From Chlorokybus atmophyticus (Eukaryota; Plantae; Mesostigma and Chlorokybus algae), in contig RHPI01002076.1 of NCBI GenBank assembly GCA_009103225.1, positions 62,001 through 126,000 of the forward strand: 64,000 bases of DNA. The letters run 5' to 3'. Both the position numbers and the translations under genes were made by a program. Shown piece by piece: positions 35,875 to 49,154 of this stretch; the first letter of the stretch is position 1; the number at the start of each line of letters is the position of its first letter. A model generated the notes under the pieces. That model was not told the origin of the DNA. It searched no databases and saw only the letters and a list, made by a program, of their open reading frames with translations.

Positions 35875-38800
35875 NNNNNNNNNNNNNNNNNNNNNNNNNN
35901 NNNNNNNNNNNNNNNNNNNNNNNNNNNNNNNNNNNNNNNNNNNNNNNNNNNNNNNNNNNNNNNNNNNNNNNNNNNNNNNNNNNNNNNNNNNNNNNNNNNN
36001 NNNNNNNNNNNNNNNNNNNNNNNNNNNNNNNNNNNNNNNNNNNNNNNNNNNNNNNNNNNNNNNNNNNNNNNNNNNNNNNNNNNNNNNNNNNNNNNNNNNN
36101 NNNNNNNNNNNNNNNNNNNNNNNNNNNNNNNNNNNNNNNNNNNNNNNNNNNNNNNNNNNNNNNNNNNNNNNNNNNNNNNNNNNNNNNNNNNNNNNNNNNN
36201 NNNNNNNNNNNNNNNNNNNNNNNNNNNNNNNNNNNNNNNNNNNNNNNNNNNNNNNNNNNNNNNNNNNNNNNNNNNNNNNNNNNNNNNNNNNNNNNNNNNN
36301 NNNNNNNNNNNNNNNNNNNNNNNNNNNNNNNNNNNNNNNNNNNNNNNNNNNNNNNNNNNNNNNNNNNNNNNNNNNNNNNNNNNNNNNNNNNCTTACCCCA
36401 TCCCCTCCCCATCCCTTCCCCCTCCCGCAGGTCCTCTACCTGTTCACCGACAACTTCGACTACCAGCACCTCCGTCGTGACTTTGTCCGCGGCCTGCTGT
36501 CCGACGAGATCTACGCCAACAAGATCCACGTTTACGAGCTGTCTAATGAATACGCCGCGCGGGTGCATAACCTCAGGAGTTACGATGCGGTCAGCAGAGA
36601 CGTGGTGAATAGGTGGACGTTCCCCATCGTGCCGGATACCAACTTGGTACTACCGGAATCGACGTACAGATACGCGAGGCAGAACGTGTACAAGGAGGAA
36701 GGTGGGTGAGCTTCATGACGCGGATGTGCTTGCGTGTGCGTGTGCACATGTGTGCGTGCGCGTATGTGTGGACACATGCTGGTTGGCAACGCGCGCTGAC
36801 AGTTGTTTGCACAGTTGATGTTTGTACGTGTGGTTGGTTTGAATCACGAAAGCCCAACAGTCGTGCAGGATCATCCGTATGTGTTTTCCGCAGGTGTGAT
36901 GTTGGCGCGGTCTGCGCAGATCGGCGAGGGCACCGTGTTGGGTTCGGGTACTTCCGTTGGCGAGCACACGCGGATAACGCAGTCGGTGCTTGGGCGAGGC
37001 TGCGTCATTGGCTCGAGCGTGTCGATATCCGGCTGCTACCTCCTATCCAACGTTGTCATTGAAGACGGCGCGAAACTATCCAACTCTATTGTATGCGATG
37101 GAGCGGTCGTGCAATCTAATGCTGTGATCGAATCTGGCAGCATCATCTCATACAAGGTATGATGGTCCATTGTATCGTGTATTATGTTTTGTCAATATGG
37201 ATGGCCACGTACACACGTTTGCAAACACGCGTGCTCGCGCGCATGCACGCCCAGAGAGATGCGCACACGTGCGTGCATGCAAGAACGCAGAGACGCACAC
37301 ACACGCTCACGCACGCGCACGCGCGTGTGCACACACCAGGTGGTGATAGGACCCGGGTTCCGGGTCCCTGCCTACTCGCGGATATCGCTGCAGCCGCAGC
37401 CAGAGGCCGCGGACAACCCCAGCGACGACGAGCGCGAGTACGCCGCTGCCGGGGGCATATACGGCTCAGGTACGGGAGGAGAACCACATCAACACTTGTG
37501 CTGTCTACTTGTTTGGAAACTGTTGTTGGAAGAAGAGACCCATCCCAACATGCCAATTCACAGATGAGGAGGAGGACGATGACGACGACGACGATGACCA
37601 GTCCGACTCCTTCTCTCACCACGTCTCCGGTCCCACCACGATCGACTACGATGAGTCTGAGGTCGGCCAGGGCGGGTCGGGCATCCTGTGGGCCTCCGCG
37701 CGGGACGTGGCGGCTGGTGTCGGAGGAGGAGGGGAAGACGAGGAGAGGAGGATGGGGATGGGGCCGCCGACGGTGCCACCGGGGGCGGACTCAACGGCGG
37801 GTAAGGAGAGGATGTGGGTATGGGTGGAGGCGTGTGAGTCGGGATGGGGTGAATGTGAGTGCATTAGTTGGTGGTGGTGGTGGTGGCGGTGGGGTGGGGT
37901 TGCTTGGACTGGTATATCTGTGGCTGTGCGCATGCGTGCACAGACACACGTACCAGTCATGCTTGCGTAGAGCGGGCTATGTGTTGACTTGTATGCTTGT
38001 GTTTGTTGAGTTGAAGGGTTCTGCCAGTGCGTGGTTGTTAGTTTTGAGGTTGATTGTTGTGGTGGTGTGCAGAGTCGGAGGAGGAATTAGCGGCAAACAG
38101 CGCAACCGCTGATACGAGCGGCGTGGCCGAAGAGCGCGGCGACGCGCCTGTCGATGAAGAGCAGGCCAGCGACGAGGACGAGGATGACGACGCGCAGTTC
38201 GCCCGCGAGGTGAGTAAAGAATCGTAGAACGTAAATGGTACCAACTCTCACATTGTGTGTGCGTCTGCGTGTGCGTGCATGTCTGCGCGTAAGTGCACGC
38301 GCGCGCAGACACGCGTGTCTGTGTGTGTGAAGTTGGTCCATGTTGGGCTTGTTGGATTGCAGGTGCAAGAGACGTTCAAGAGAGGCGTTGCGGAGGGGTT
38401 GCAGCAGGACAACGTTGTGTTGGAGATCAATGCGCTCAAGTGAGACGTAGTGCTGGTCTAGTTGTGTTGGCTTCTGATGCATGATAACACATCACCCAGG
38501 CTCATCACTTGTTGTTGGCAGGATGGCGTACAATCGGACATTTGCGGACTGCGCTGGAAGCCTGTTCACTGCCATCCTGCATCTTGCACTTGACCCTCCC
38601 AACCCAACACTCAGTAAGCAGCCCTAGCGTTCAGCTGTGTGCATGCACGAGCGCGAGCGCATGAGCGTGCGCTCGTGCATGCGCGTGCGTCATGCAATGA
38701 TGCTTCTGTGCACCCGTCGAGGCATGTAGCTGCTGGCTTCTGATCAAGCAATGTATCTGCATGCACAACAACAAATTGGACAATAACATTGCTTATACTA

Positions 38801-39617
38801 TTGCGCAGAACAATTGCTACAGCGCACTCAAACCGCAATCTCAAAGTGGAGCGCTCTGCTGAGGCGTTTCCTTAAAACGGAAGACGACCAGGTTGGTCAT
38901 CAAACTCTCAAAAACCTGTCGTGCTCGTGCACATCGCTTGCCATTGCAATGTGCCGAGTTGATGGGTGTCAATGACATACTACAGGTGGAGGTGCTGCTC
39001 GCATTTGAAGAGTATTGCGCAGAAGAGGAGGCTTCCTCAGGTCCCGGACAGGGATTCACCACCCTGTTTGCAAAGGTACTGCAACGCAATATTGTGTGTA
39101 CCAGCTGTACTGTTGGAAGTTCCTGATTGCTGTTCGGTCGTATGTGTGTTTGTTCACTGCTGGCTTAGGTGTGTGTGCGTGCTTTGCGCGTGCGCGTGTG
39201 GGTGCGTGTATGCTCGTGTTTGTGTCTTGCACTGCTGGCTTCGCTTATTCTTGTTCGCGTGCTTGGTGGAGTTTGATGCCGTTCACTCTGCTGGCGTTCC
39301 CATGCACCTCTCAGATTATGTGGGTCCTCATGGGTTGGCAGGTGTTGCAAATTCTGTATGACGAAGACGTGCTGCTCGAGGACGCGATCATGCTGTGGGC
39401 TAACGAGAAGAAGTTTGCGGACGAGGCCGACCGCCGCTTCCTAAAGCAGTGCGGACAATTCCTGCAGTGGCTGCAGGAGGCCGAGAGCGAGGAAGACGAA
39501 GAAAAGGAGGAAGAAGATGGTGATATTGATGAAGGTGAAGAGAAGGCGGAGAAGAGTCAGAGTAGCAGTAAGCAGCAAGATGAAACACCTGCCAAGGACG
39601 ACGCGCAAGCCAGCTAG
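33147..39617 (+). CDS. EIF2B5: Translation initiation factor eIF2B subunit epsilon, multi-exon (contains two assembly gaps)
   Basis: Motifs LQAVVLADSFAQRFRPITVERPK, VLLPLVNAPMLDYTLEWL, IRSDFVLVTGDTVSNM, RYDLQDCYIDICAPE, HNLRSYDAVSRDVVNRWTFPIVPD; hexapeptide repeats; W2 domain ILYDEDVLLEDAIMLW..FLQWLQEAESEED. Confidence 0.95.
34961..35151. other. Assembly gap (N run) within poly-C in an eIF2B-epsilon intron
   Basis: Run of N characters. Confidence 1.
35875..36391. other. Assembly gap (N run) after (CA)n in an eIF2B-epsilon intron
   Basis: Run of N characters. Confidence 1.
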
Positions 39618-39930
39618 TTGAGAGCAAAGTTGCAGCCTGCATTTGCCGCATTGCAACTCAGTCTTTGCGTGAGATGAAGTGTCGTCACATGGATGGACAG
39701 TGCTGCATTGATGGGCAACCTGGCATGCCGGTGGTTGTTCATTGCAGAAAGGTAGGAGCATCAAGAGAGAACTGCACTGCCGCCGTGGCAGCTTCATGCG
39801 ACGGAACGGCTGAGTTTGTAGTGAAATTGGCTGCTTCAACAGCACCCGTGTGTTTCAGTGCGCGCGCACTGCGCTTGAAGGTGCGGCTACTACGTGCAGC
39901 TGTGGTAGGCTTGCTTCTTAGTGATAGATC

Positions 39931-40421
39931 ACGACAGCAGTGCCCAGCATTGCTCATACACACGCACGCAGACAGGTGGTAACGGTAGCTAATCGCTGAA
40001 ATGAGTACTGTGTACTGGGAGCCATTGTTGGGGTCATGCAGGTCGCCCTTGCAGTTGACACACAATACTAGCATTTCAGGGGTTGATAGCCTTCACGTCA
40101 TGAAACTTGTTGAGAGACACCAGCAAGAACACTTTGACAGAGATAGACGCATCAAACCACTTTCTCGCCACATTGTCACGACAGCAGTGCCCAGCATTGC
40201 TCATACACGCACGCAGACAGGTGGTAACGGTAGCGAATTGCTGAAATGAGTACTGTGAACTGGAGCCATTGTTGGGGTCATGCAGGTCGCCCTTGCAGTT
40301 GACACACAATACTATAATTTCAGGGGTTGATAGCCTTCACGTCATGAAACTTGTTGAGAGACACCAGCAACAACACTTTGACAGAGATAGACGCATCAAA
40401 CCACTTTCTCGCCACATTGTC
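39931..40421. repeat. Near-identical ~245-bp tandem duplication downstream of eIF2B-epsilon
   Basis: Copies 39931-40177 and 40178-40421 differ by a few substitutions and small indels. Confidence 0.95.
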
Positions 40422-40731
40422 ACAATGGGCATTCAGTTCACGCAAGCAAAGCTGTGTTGGCCACTTCATGGCCACACTGCCACACCTTCAGACACAAACA
40501 ACTTTGCACGCCCTGCCCTCTACCGCGCCTCCGCCCCCGCCCCCGCCTCCACCGCCTCCGCCCCACGCGCCCAAAGCTGCTAACGTCCGCTGCGCAGCAG
40601 CCGTTGCACTGCTCTTCCTCAATGGAATGCAGCATAGCCTATGCTATGCTATGCTTGTAGGCAGGCAGCCTGGTAGCTTTATCTCAGCGGCTAGCTCCAC
40701 AGCCAGTGTGGTCAACAGCGGCAGCGTCGCC

Positions 40732-43700
40732 ATGGCGGGCGTGGAGGCGGACGGGCGTGGGGGAGCGGCGGCAGCCGTGATGGCACCAGCCTCATCCTCG
40801 ACGTCGTCGCTGCAGGACATAAACGCTACGTAAGCAACCTGAGACTGACGGCTTTAGTGGCCCATACTGCTTGACCGTTTCTTTGTTCTCTTGCTTTCTT
40901 GCACTTTCTTCGTGCGTGAGTGAGTGTGTCTATTCTTCCGTCTTTTCGTCTGCTCTGAAGGGTTTGTGCTGTGTTGTCAACTGCTGTTTCAGCTAATTGT
41001 TGGTCGGCTGTGTTGGCCTTTGTGTGGATGAGCAGCCAGTTCAGCTCGGCGCAGTATGGGTTCTTTACTTCTGGTGGTGAGCTGGACGGCGAGCTAGAGC
41101 CGGGGCTAGAGGCGCCGCCAGAGGAGGAGGGTTTGCCGCTGGAAGCTCTGGGCGGCGACGACGACGACGACGATGGCGTCGTCGACAACCTGCCTGTCGA
41201 TGAAAGCTGGCTGGAGCACGAGGATGAAGACGCCGCCTCGACGTCGATGTCCTCGCTGACGTCAGCTCTCGAAAAGGTTAGTGGAGCGACCCTGCATGTA
41301 AATATGTGTTAAGGTTGTCCGCAACTCGTGTCAAGGTGTCGCTGCACTTGTTGTTACTGGAGCAGACCTGCTCTTTGTAAGGCTGCGTGGCTGCTGGTGG
41401 CTTTTGCCTCTGCTTGTTAAGCGCACTAGATGTTTGCAAGTAGAATTTGTTGGTGAGCGATCCCCAAGCAGTGTTGCTTTCGTACTTGTGCTACAATAAT
41501 ATCTGATCAGTGGTTTGTGCTTGTGCAATGTTGAGCGAGTCCCAAGCGGTGTTTTTTTCTCATAACTCGTGCTACATTTTTCTTCTGTGGTTCGGTTGCA
41601 ATGCATTGCAAGATGGTACACAGACGTGACCAATGTGGCGTCTGTTGTGCATAATATCTATCAGCAATCTGTCAGCCAAGGATCAAACTATCACCGCTGT
41701 TACATGCGGCCTTTGCTTGCACGCCGCTGATTGTGCCATGGATGGCAGGTCAACCTAGACAAAGCAACTTCAGAGCAGCTACCAGGTCAGCCTGTGACAA
41801 CATGTCAAGCTTGACATGCACAGGGTTTTACATGTGTAGCATTATCGGAATGCCCATGTAGCAGCGACATAAGCTCACTGCCTTTGCTCGGGACACAGAG
41901 AGGCTGCAGACACGCCCACCCGATCCTCGCCTCGTTCCCCTGCCAAGCATATGGCTGCCATCAAATAAAAGCGGTGTTGACCCTGGTGGCCAACGCCCTT
42001 CATCATCCATATCATCATCAAGCAGCTTGGCGCAGTCTCCTTGGTCAGTAAGCGAGCCTGCGCAGTCTTCAGGCCAGCATGGAACTGCACCAAGTGCAAG
42101 TGCCTTACAGTCGTCAAATGCTTTCCAGACAGATTTTCGGCAAGCTCAGGTCAGCACCATACGCAAGAAGACATTCAGCTAGCAGCATTGTTGTGGAATA
42201 ATGTTTGAAATGTGACCAATGCGGTTTGTCGTCAGCAGCCACGTCAGACTTCACTGGCAGCTTCTGGCAAGCCGCCTCCTGGCTTTCACATGCCAAGCTC
42301 CATGCCCTCAATGCATCCTCAGTCTGTGCGAGCTGCTTACCCTCCCGACAGTGCTGCTGCCCCTTCACATCGCCCTCCTCCTGAACTGCCCTATCCTCCT
42401 GCACATGGCCGTCAAGACCAAGATCTGTTAAGTCCCCCTTTTGGTGGACCACACACGCATGCAGCGCAGGCTTATATCAACGGCCAACAACAACATCAAG
42501 CAGCTCCCCAACACCAACAACAGCAATACTCCCAGCCACCTCCTCATCGGCCTCATCATGCAAACATTGCACCGCCTCCTCCCCCAGCCTCTCACTTGAA
42601 CTGGCAGCAACAACTTGAGAGCAACTATCATTATGATCAGCAGTTTGCTCCAGAGGAACCGCGGCTTCAAGGCGGGAAGTTCATGTCTGCTGAGGAGATC
42701 CAGGGCATTGTGCGTGCTCAGATGGCTGCCACGCAGTTCGTTAACCCTTATGCTGATGATTACTACTATCTGGCATGCTTGGAGAAACAGGACGCCAAGA
42801 ATCCGGGCCTGGTGCCGAACCGCACCCCCTTCGCCCCGCCTGCTCTGCGGGAAGTTCGGCCTCAGTCTGGCAAAGCGCAGGAGCATGCTTACCTTCACGT
42901 AAGTACTTGTGCACCTGCGGCAGCCATGCGTCAACATGCATTGACTTGAAGGTGCATGGATGCAGGTTGAAGGCTTGGGACGTGTGAACTACTCCAATAT
43001 TCGCACTCCTAAGCCGTTGCTAGAGCTGGCTCTTCGCAGTGAGTCTCCTGCATCCAGCGACTCGCTCAATGGCCTGCGTCAACGGCCTCTTGAGGAGGAA
43101 CCGCTACTCGCAGCTCGCTTGGCCATTGAGGATGGAATGAGCGTCATGTTGGATGTTGACGACATCGAGCGCGTAGTCAAGCTGGGTCTTCCACCTGCAG
43201 CTGTGCAGAACTTGCAGCGCAGACGGTACGCGCTGCTGGAAGACTTTGCCTCTTCGCTCAGGCTTGGGGAGCCTTTCGCTGGACAGCATGTTTCGGATGC
43301 GAGCCATGATCAGGTTCTGCTACGCTTGCTTTCTCTCCATAAAGGCCGCAGATTACTTTCTCGGTACCTGCGGGCGGTACCTCTGGGCAGTCCACTGATG
43401 GTGAGAGTGGTTTTGCCACTGATGCGGCACATCAATGAGCTCTTCGGCCAGCACGTTGTTTCCGACTTGGCCGCGGATTCGATGCCTTTGGCTTCGGCTG
43501 TAGCGGAAGCCGCCGGCACCATGGACATAATAGCTATTGTTGCCTGCGTGTCAGCTGTGGCAAGCGCGGGTGAGCTGCCTCTGCAGCCATCCCCTCAACG
43601 CTCCGATCCTCGCCCCGCTGGGACTGTGATGGTGTTGCAAGCGATGCTCGACCGCGCGGCAACTCTCTTGAACACGCGTGCAGGAGGATCGGCGACGCCT

Positions 43701-43916
43701 CCCGCCGTGTTTGCAGCGTGGCGCAGCGTGTTTGGCGCTCTGTTCAGACTGGTGTTGGCCAGCGTGGTTCAAAGGATGACTGCACCTGTTACGAGCATTG
43801 GAGAGACAGATGTGGCAGTACTCAGAGCGTTGGTGCCTCACTGCGACGCTGCCCAGGAGGAGCAGCTGCGGTGGTGTTGGTCCACTGTCACGCGCAACTT
43901 CAACCCGGCGAGCTAG
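40732..43916 (+). CDS. PAT1: mRNA decapping activator PAT1, multi-exon
   Basis: gccATGG start at 40732. Motifs SAQYGFF, KFMSAEEIQGIVRAQ..NPYADDYYYLACLEK, VEGLGRVNYSNIRTPKPLL, LEEEPLLAARLAIEDG..LDVDDIER, VLLRLLSLHKGRRLLSRYL. Internal exons at 41.7-42.2 kb are less certain. Confidence 0.88.
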
Positions 43917-44093
43917 TTGGGTAACAGTTGACACAACATGCCTCTGCACATTGTACATGGACCCTTGGTGCCTCACTGCGACGCTGCCCAGGAGGAGCAG
44001 CTGCGGTGGTGTTAATCCACTGACACGCGCAACCCGGCGAGCTAGTTGGGTAACAGTTGACACAACGTGCCTCTGCACATTGTACATGGACCC
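43830..44093. repeat. ~130-bp tandem duplication of the PAT1 stop-codon region
   Basis: 43830-43964 is repeated at 43965-44093; the second copy has TGG changed to TAA and a 6-nt deletion. Confidence 0.95.
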
Positions 44094-45035
44094 CTGTTTC
44101 ACAGTGATAGTGGCATAGCCATCTAGTCCCCGCAATATATGTTTTGAGGGTCATAGTGACGGCTGGCCTGCATGAACTTGGGCCAGGCTCTGCCCGTTTG
44201 TGAGTATATACACCTGCAGCTGCTGAGTGTGGCTAGTATATTGTTGCTGTTGGAAGTTTGCGTCCTTTTTCTGGAGTATGGAGTAGTGCACTGTTGATGT
44301 ATCAATTGCTGACGTGTTGTCAAATACATAACCAACGGTAGAGTTGCTAAAAACGCACAATTGCAGTTTCACTGGATGACATTATCATGAAGTGTGGGTG
44401 GTGAACTTGCGTTGGCATGAGCTCGACACGTCGCATGCATGCCATGCCATGACATGACGTGCGTGTGACACTTTGCATGCAGCCTACCTAGCGTACCATC
44501 TTGTATGATGTGGCAGACTATCTTTGTACACTGGGCATAGGCATAATTAACATTTGTGCTCACATACGCTATCTTAGATGACGCATTGAGTGACATATGA
44601 CGTATATATATACGTATATATGACGTATCTTAGATGACGCAATGAGAAACATAGTCGAGGACGAGGGCCAATCATAGTAAGGCTGAACTAAAGGATGGGT
44701 GCCTTTGAAAGACAAGGGTGTTGGATTTGTTGCGGTGCGCGATGCCCGGCAGCGTACGCTACACGCAGCAACACGGACAACAGAAGAACACATGGCATTA
44801 GGCAGGATAGTGTGAGCACATGGCAATAGCAAGAACAAAACTCTCTAGGTATAAACATTAGGCTGTTTGTAGTTGTCTCTGTATTGTATTGCGAGAGAGA
44901 GAGCAAGCAATGTACAAACCTGATTGACCGCAGTAGGTAGGCACCTAGTGTACGATGCACGTGAGTCTGTCTCGAGTTGTCAATTCAAGGACTTGGTTCA
45001 GATACGGAGTCGAGCGACTCTCTGTGGAACCGGAG

Positions 45036-48000
45036 ATGACGGCGGCGGTGGAGGTGGCGGCGGCGGCGCCCGCCGCCAAGTTGCCGGCGGGGGCGTCGCC
45101 GGAGCTGCTGGGGACGTTCTGGGGCTTGGCTTCCCTGGACCCTGCGGTGCGGCAGGCGTCGTCGAGGGAGCTGGTGCGGGTGGTGGGGGCGAGCGGAGAC
45201 AAGGCGGCGGCGAGGTACGCTCTGAGGCGGCTGCTGAAGGGGCTGGCGTCCTCCCGGGACGGCGCCCGCCAGGGTTTTGCCTCTGCTCTGGCCTCCCTCC
45301 TGGCCTCTGCTCCCGCCGCCTCTCTCTCAGCCGACCTGCCCAAGGAGGTCGCCGCCGCCTTGGAGCTGTCCGGCGGAGGAGGAGGAGGGCCGAGTGCCCG
45401 CAGCCGCAAGGATGTCAGGGAGGTGCTGCTGGGCCGTGTGCTCGCCTACGGCGCCGCCGCTCAGGCCGGCCCCGGCAAGCTGGGCCCTTCCTCCTCCGCT
45501 GTCCTGGCAGCAGCGAGGGACCTGCTGGCGGCGGCGGAGCGCAGCTCAGGGCTCAGGGAAGCCGCATGTTGCGTGCTGCTGAGGCTCCACCAGGCTCGTC
45601 CTCTTTCCCGGGAGGATGCTAAGACGCTGTTCAGCGAGCAGCCGCTTGCCAGCTGGTGCGGCGGCGAGAAACCCACCCGCCCAGAGGCGCTGCTGCTCGT
45701 CCTGGGCGGCCTGGCTAAGAGCCTGCAGGCAGCTGCTGCTGGCTTCGCTGCACCGCAGTGGGTCCAAGCACTGGCCTCTGAACCGCTGCAAGCTTTGGCT
45801 GATAAGGACATGCTCGGCAGACTGAAGAATGTCCTGCTGGTTCGTACACACGCATGCGTTGATTGCATGCATGTACTTGAATGCATGCATGTCTACACCT
45901 TCGTGTACACGTGCCCACATTGTCTGTATTGACCCTAGCCTGGAGCATGGTCTGGTCTTCCAAGCCAACAAACAGAGTGCATTGCGCATGTTTTGCATGG
46001 AGCTGGACAGCCATGCATGCGTTGTTTTGATCTCGCCCGTTTGGTCCAGCAGCGATTCCTGAGCTGCATGCCTGTGCGCGTTTTGACTGGCATTGCAGAC
46101 ATCAACTCTTGTACTCAATTGGTTCACTTATCCGTTCTCTTATCGGCTTCATGCATGTTCACGCAATAGTTGTTAGCCAAGCAGGTAGTGATTCAGCTGA
46201 CATATGTATGTTTCGACTACAGGACTCATCCAGTGCGCATCCGCGCATGCACGCCGTTTGGATGGTGCTGCTTTCGGTGTCCAGTGCAGGACAATGTACG
46301 TTGCCTACCAAAGCAGGCGAGGTTGTCACCCCAAGCAAGGAAGCTATCGACGCTTTTCTCCCAGGCTTGTGGCAAGAAGTGGTCGATGATGGTCTGCTGG
46401 CCTCCTCTCCCGAGCGCAAGCACCTCGCCTACAGCTTGTTTCAGCTGATTTTGCCTCATCTCACGCCACAACAGCTCATGTGCTGCCTGTCGGAGCAGTT
46501 TGTACATGACGTGGCCACGCACGCGCGCAGTACTGCCAGCCCTTTGCACCCGGCAGCATCTCAAGTGTGTAACCTTCTGCAGACGCAGTGTGCTTCTCTT
46601 GGCAACGGTGATCGAGTTGCAGCTCTATTGCGCCTTTCTCAGTTCACTGGTGGTGCCTTTGATCGAATGACAAACACTCGGACTGTCGCCACTCTGCATG
46701 GATTGCTTTCTCCAGATGAGCTCGAGCTCTACCGCAGCGCCTTGCTGCAGCTGTTCAACACTTCAATGGACACGCAGGCAGATGAACCAGCTGATGGACT
46801 GGCGACTTGGGTCGTGAACGAGCTGTGCAACTTGTTGAAGCACCCCAGCTTGTCCGAAGAAACCAATCAGCAGGCTGCGTTGCAGTTTCTGGCCGCGCAT
46901 GCTTTGCTGAATGTGTCATCAGAGGACTCCCCAGATGGATTGCAGTCTGTCAAAGCATCGGCACGGCTTCAGCAGCTGTGCGCCGCTCGGCTCGCGAGCG
47001 TTCTCTCAGCGCCAGCTGATCAGGTGGCAGCGAGGCGCATAACAGACCTTTTGGGCTTTCTGGAGCGTACGTTGAAGCTGTCAGGGGTTGAACTGCGCCG
47101 ACCTGCCGAAGAGGAGCTTCAGCAGTCATTGCAGTCCCTAACCAACAACTTGCAGTCCGAGGTAAGCGTGTCCTTGCTTTGTGGACTTGCGGGCTTGCAA
47201 ACCGTCAACCTGCAGAACAGCGTGCTGATGCTGTTGTAGCGTTGCTGTCATGGTTGGTGCATTAATTGTTGAATTCTGCAACTGTACTGCATGGGCTTCA
47301 TAGGCTTCAACTAGTAACTCGTGCAGGAGGCCAAGGCAACCAGCGACAGTCAATCTAGGCTGACTGTGCTGCGCGTCTTCGTGATGAGGGTTCACTTGCA
47401 GTATCTGCTGGAGCCTGAGACGTATGCCCAAGCTGCGCAGGAGCTGCCGCTGTGCATCCCGCACCTTCTGAACGACACCAAGCCGGAAGCGGACGCGCCG
47501 TCTGCGATAGATGTGTTTGTGGATCTCTTGATCAGCCTGCTTTCCACTCCAAATGCACCCTTGAGAGACATAGTGGAGCAGGTGTGTTGGTGGTGCAATC
47601 CGCTAGACAAAGCTCTTGCATACATCTTCATGGTGTAGTCACTCATTACTGGAGCAACGTTGTAGAGTTGCTTCGCCTGCACAAAGGTTTATAACAATAA
47701 ATGCTTTGGAACAGGTCTTCAAGGCGTGGTGCTTCAAGCTATCAGAGACTGCCGTAGAAGACATGTTGAGAGTTGTGAGACGTCGCATCCGTGAAGCTGC
47801 TGAAGACGCAAGTGATGATGATGTTGATGACGATGACGATGAGGAGGAGGAGGAGGAGGACGAGGATGACGTTGATGAAGGTGGTGATGACGAGGATGAT
47901 GGAGACAAACATGCATCTGATGTGGCGCGGTTGATGAAGGCTGAGGTTTCAGCAAGGGCAGTCGGTGATGAAGTTGGCTCAGAAGCTGACGAGAGTGATG

Positions 48001-49154
48001 TGGACGAGGAAGACATGGACGACGAGGCCATGTTTGCAATGGACAAGAACTTGGCTGCTGTGTTGTCTGCAAGTCGGCAGGCAAAGCTGCAGATGACTAG
48101 CACACAGCAGAGCGTGCTCAACCTGAAGCTACGCGTGCTGAGTCTTCTAGATGTCTTTCTGCATCGCCACCCAACAAACTTGCTCGTGCTACGCATAGTT
48201 CCTGCTTTGCTCCGCACGGCCTCGGCTCTGCATGATGTTGCATCTGCTGGCGTTATTGTGGAGAAGATTGTTGGCATGCTGCAGCGTTTGGCCAAAAGCA
48301 AGGACCATCCCAAAACTTTGGATCTGCCAGTCAGCCTTGCAGCAGAAGCGCTAAGGCAAGCTCTTCTCATCAGCGCTGCCAACAAGCGCGTGGCGAATGC
48401 AGCTATGGCCTGCAGCCACTTTCTCGTGCGGGTGCTGCAAGGAAGTGGCCAGACTGCCGTTGTTTGCGACACTTATGGCAAGGTGTTGCACGATGCGCTG
48501 GAAAGGAAAGCGCTCAAGCTGCCAGTTGCACTGCTGCTGGACTCTTTCTCCAGGCACACTTATCTTGTACCTGCGCTGGTGCCAAAGCTGATCCACTTGG
48601 GTTCCGCCGCTAAGACAGAGTTTTTGCGGTGCGAAGTGTTGGCGTTGCTCGCCAAAGTGCTGCGACACAACAACGTCGAGACCAACGCGTGCATCGGCGC
48701 CCAAGCGGTTCCGTTGATGTTGTTGCTGCAGTCCGCAATGCCAAAAGAACTGTCCAAGCCTGCACGCAAGGCAGACGCCTTGCAGCTCTGTTGCGTGGCG
48801 TTGCAGGGGCTTCAGCGGGTCCAGAAAGTGCTGCTGGCTGAAGACAATACAGCTCTCATACAAGCTGTCCAATCATCTCAGATTGCCACTCAGGCAGAAT
48901 GCAGCTCGCGCATTCGCTCGCTGCAACGGCAGGCTTTGAGCCTTTTGGGTGTCAAAGATGCAGCTAAGGCGGCAACTCAGCATACAGGCAAAAGGCAGGC
49001 CGATCCTGAGAAAAAGCAGCAGTTGAATCAGCCTCAAGTGTCAAAACGCAAGGCTTCCACAGCCAAGAAGGTCACCAGCAAGAGGCAAACAATGTCCGCA
49101 GTTGGCAAGGAATTAAAACCACAACAAAGCAAGGTGAAGCGTGTCAAACATTGA
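45036..49154 (+). CDS. POL5: MYB-binding protein 1A / DNA polymerase phi (Pol5) family nucleolar protein, ~4 exons
   Basis: Motifs FWGLASLDPAVRQ, YALRRLLKGLASSRDGARQGFA, HPRMHAVW, SSPERKHLAYSLF, DVFVDLLISLLS; acidic tract; MDDEAMFAMDKNLAAV; FKLR-like LKLRVLSLLDVF; basic tail. Approximate exons 45036-45840, 46222-47161, 47327-47581, 47714-49154. Confidence 0.85.

Noticed and set aside
12357-44093. CRISPR array from the direct repeats at 12.4, 39.9 and 43.8 kb
   Set aside because: Only two copies each, no regular spacers, no cas genes, eukaryotic context
47639-48472. Long antisense ORFs over POL5 (also 44945-45409) and over ODC (50786-51190)
   Set aside because: Shadow frames of GC-rich genuine CDS with no independent motifs
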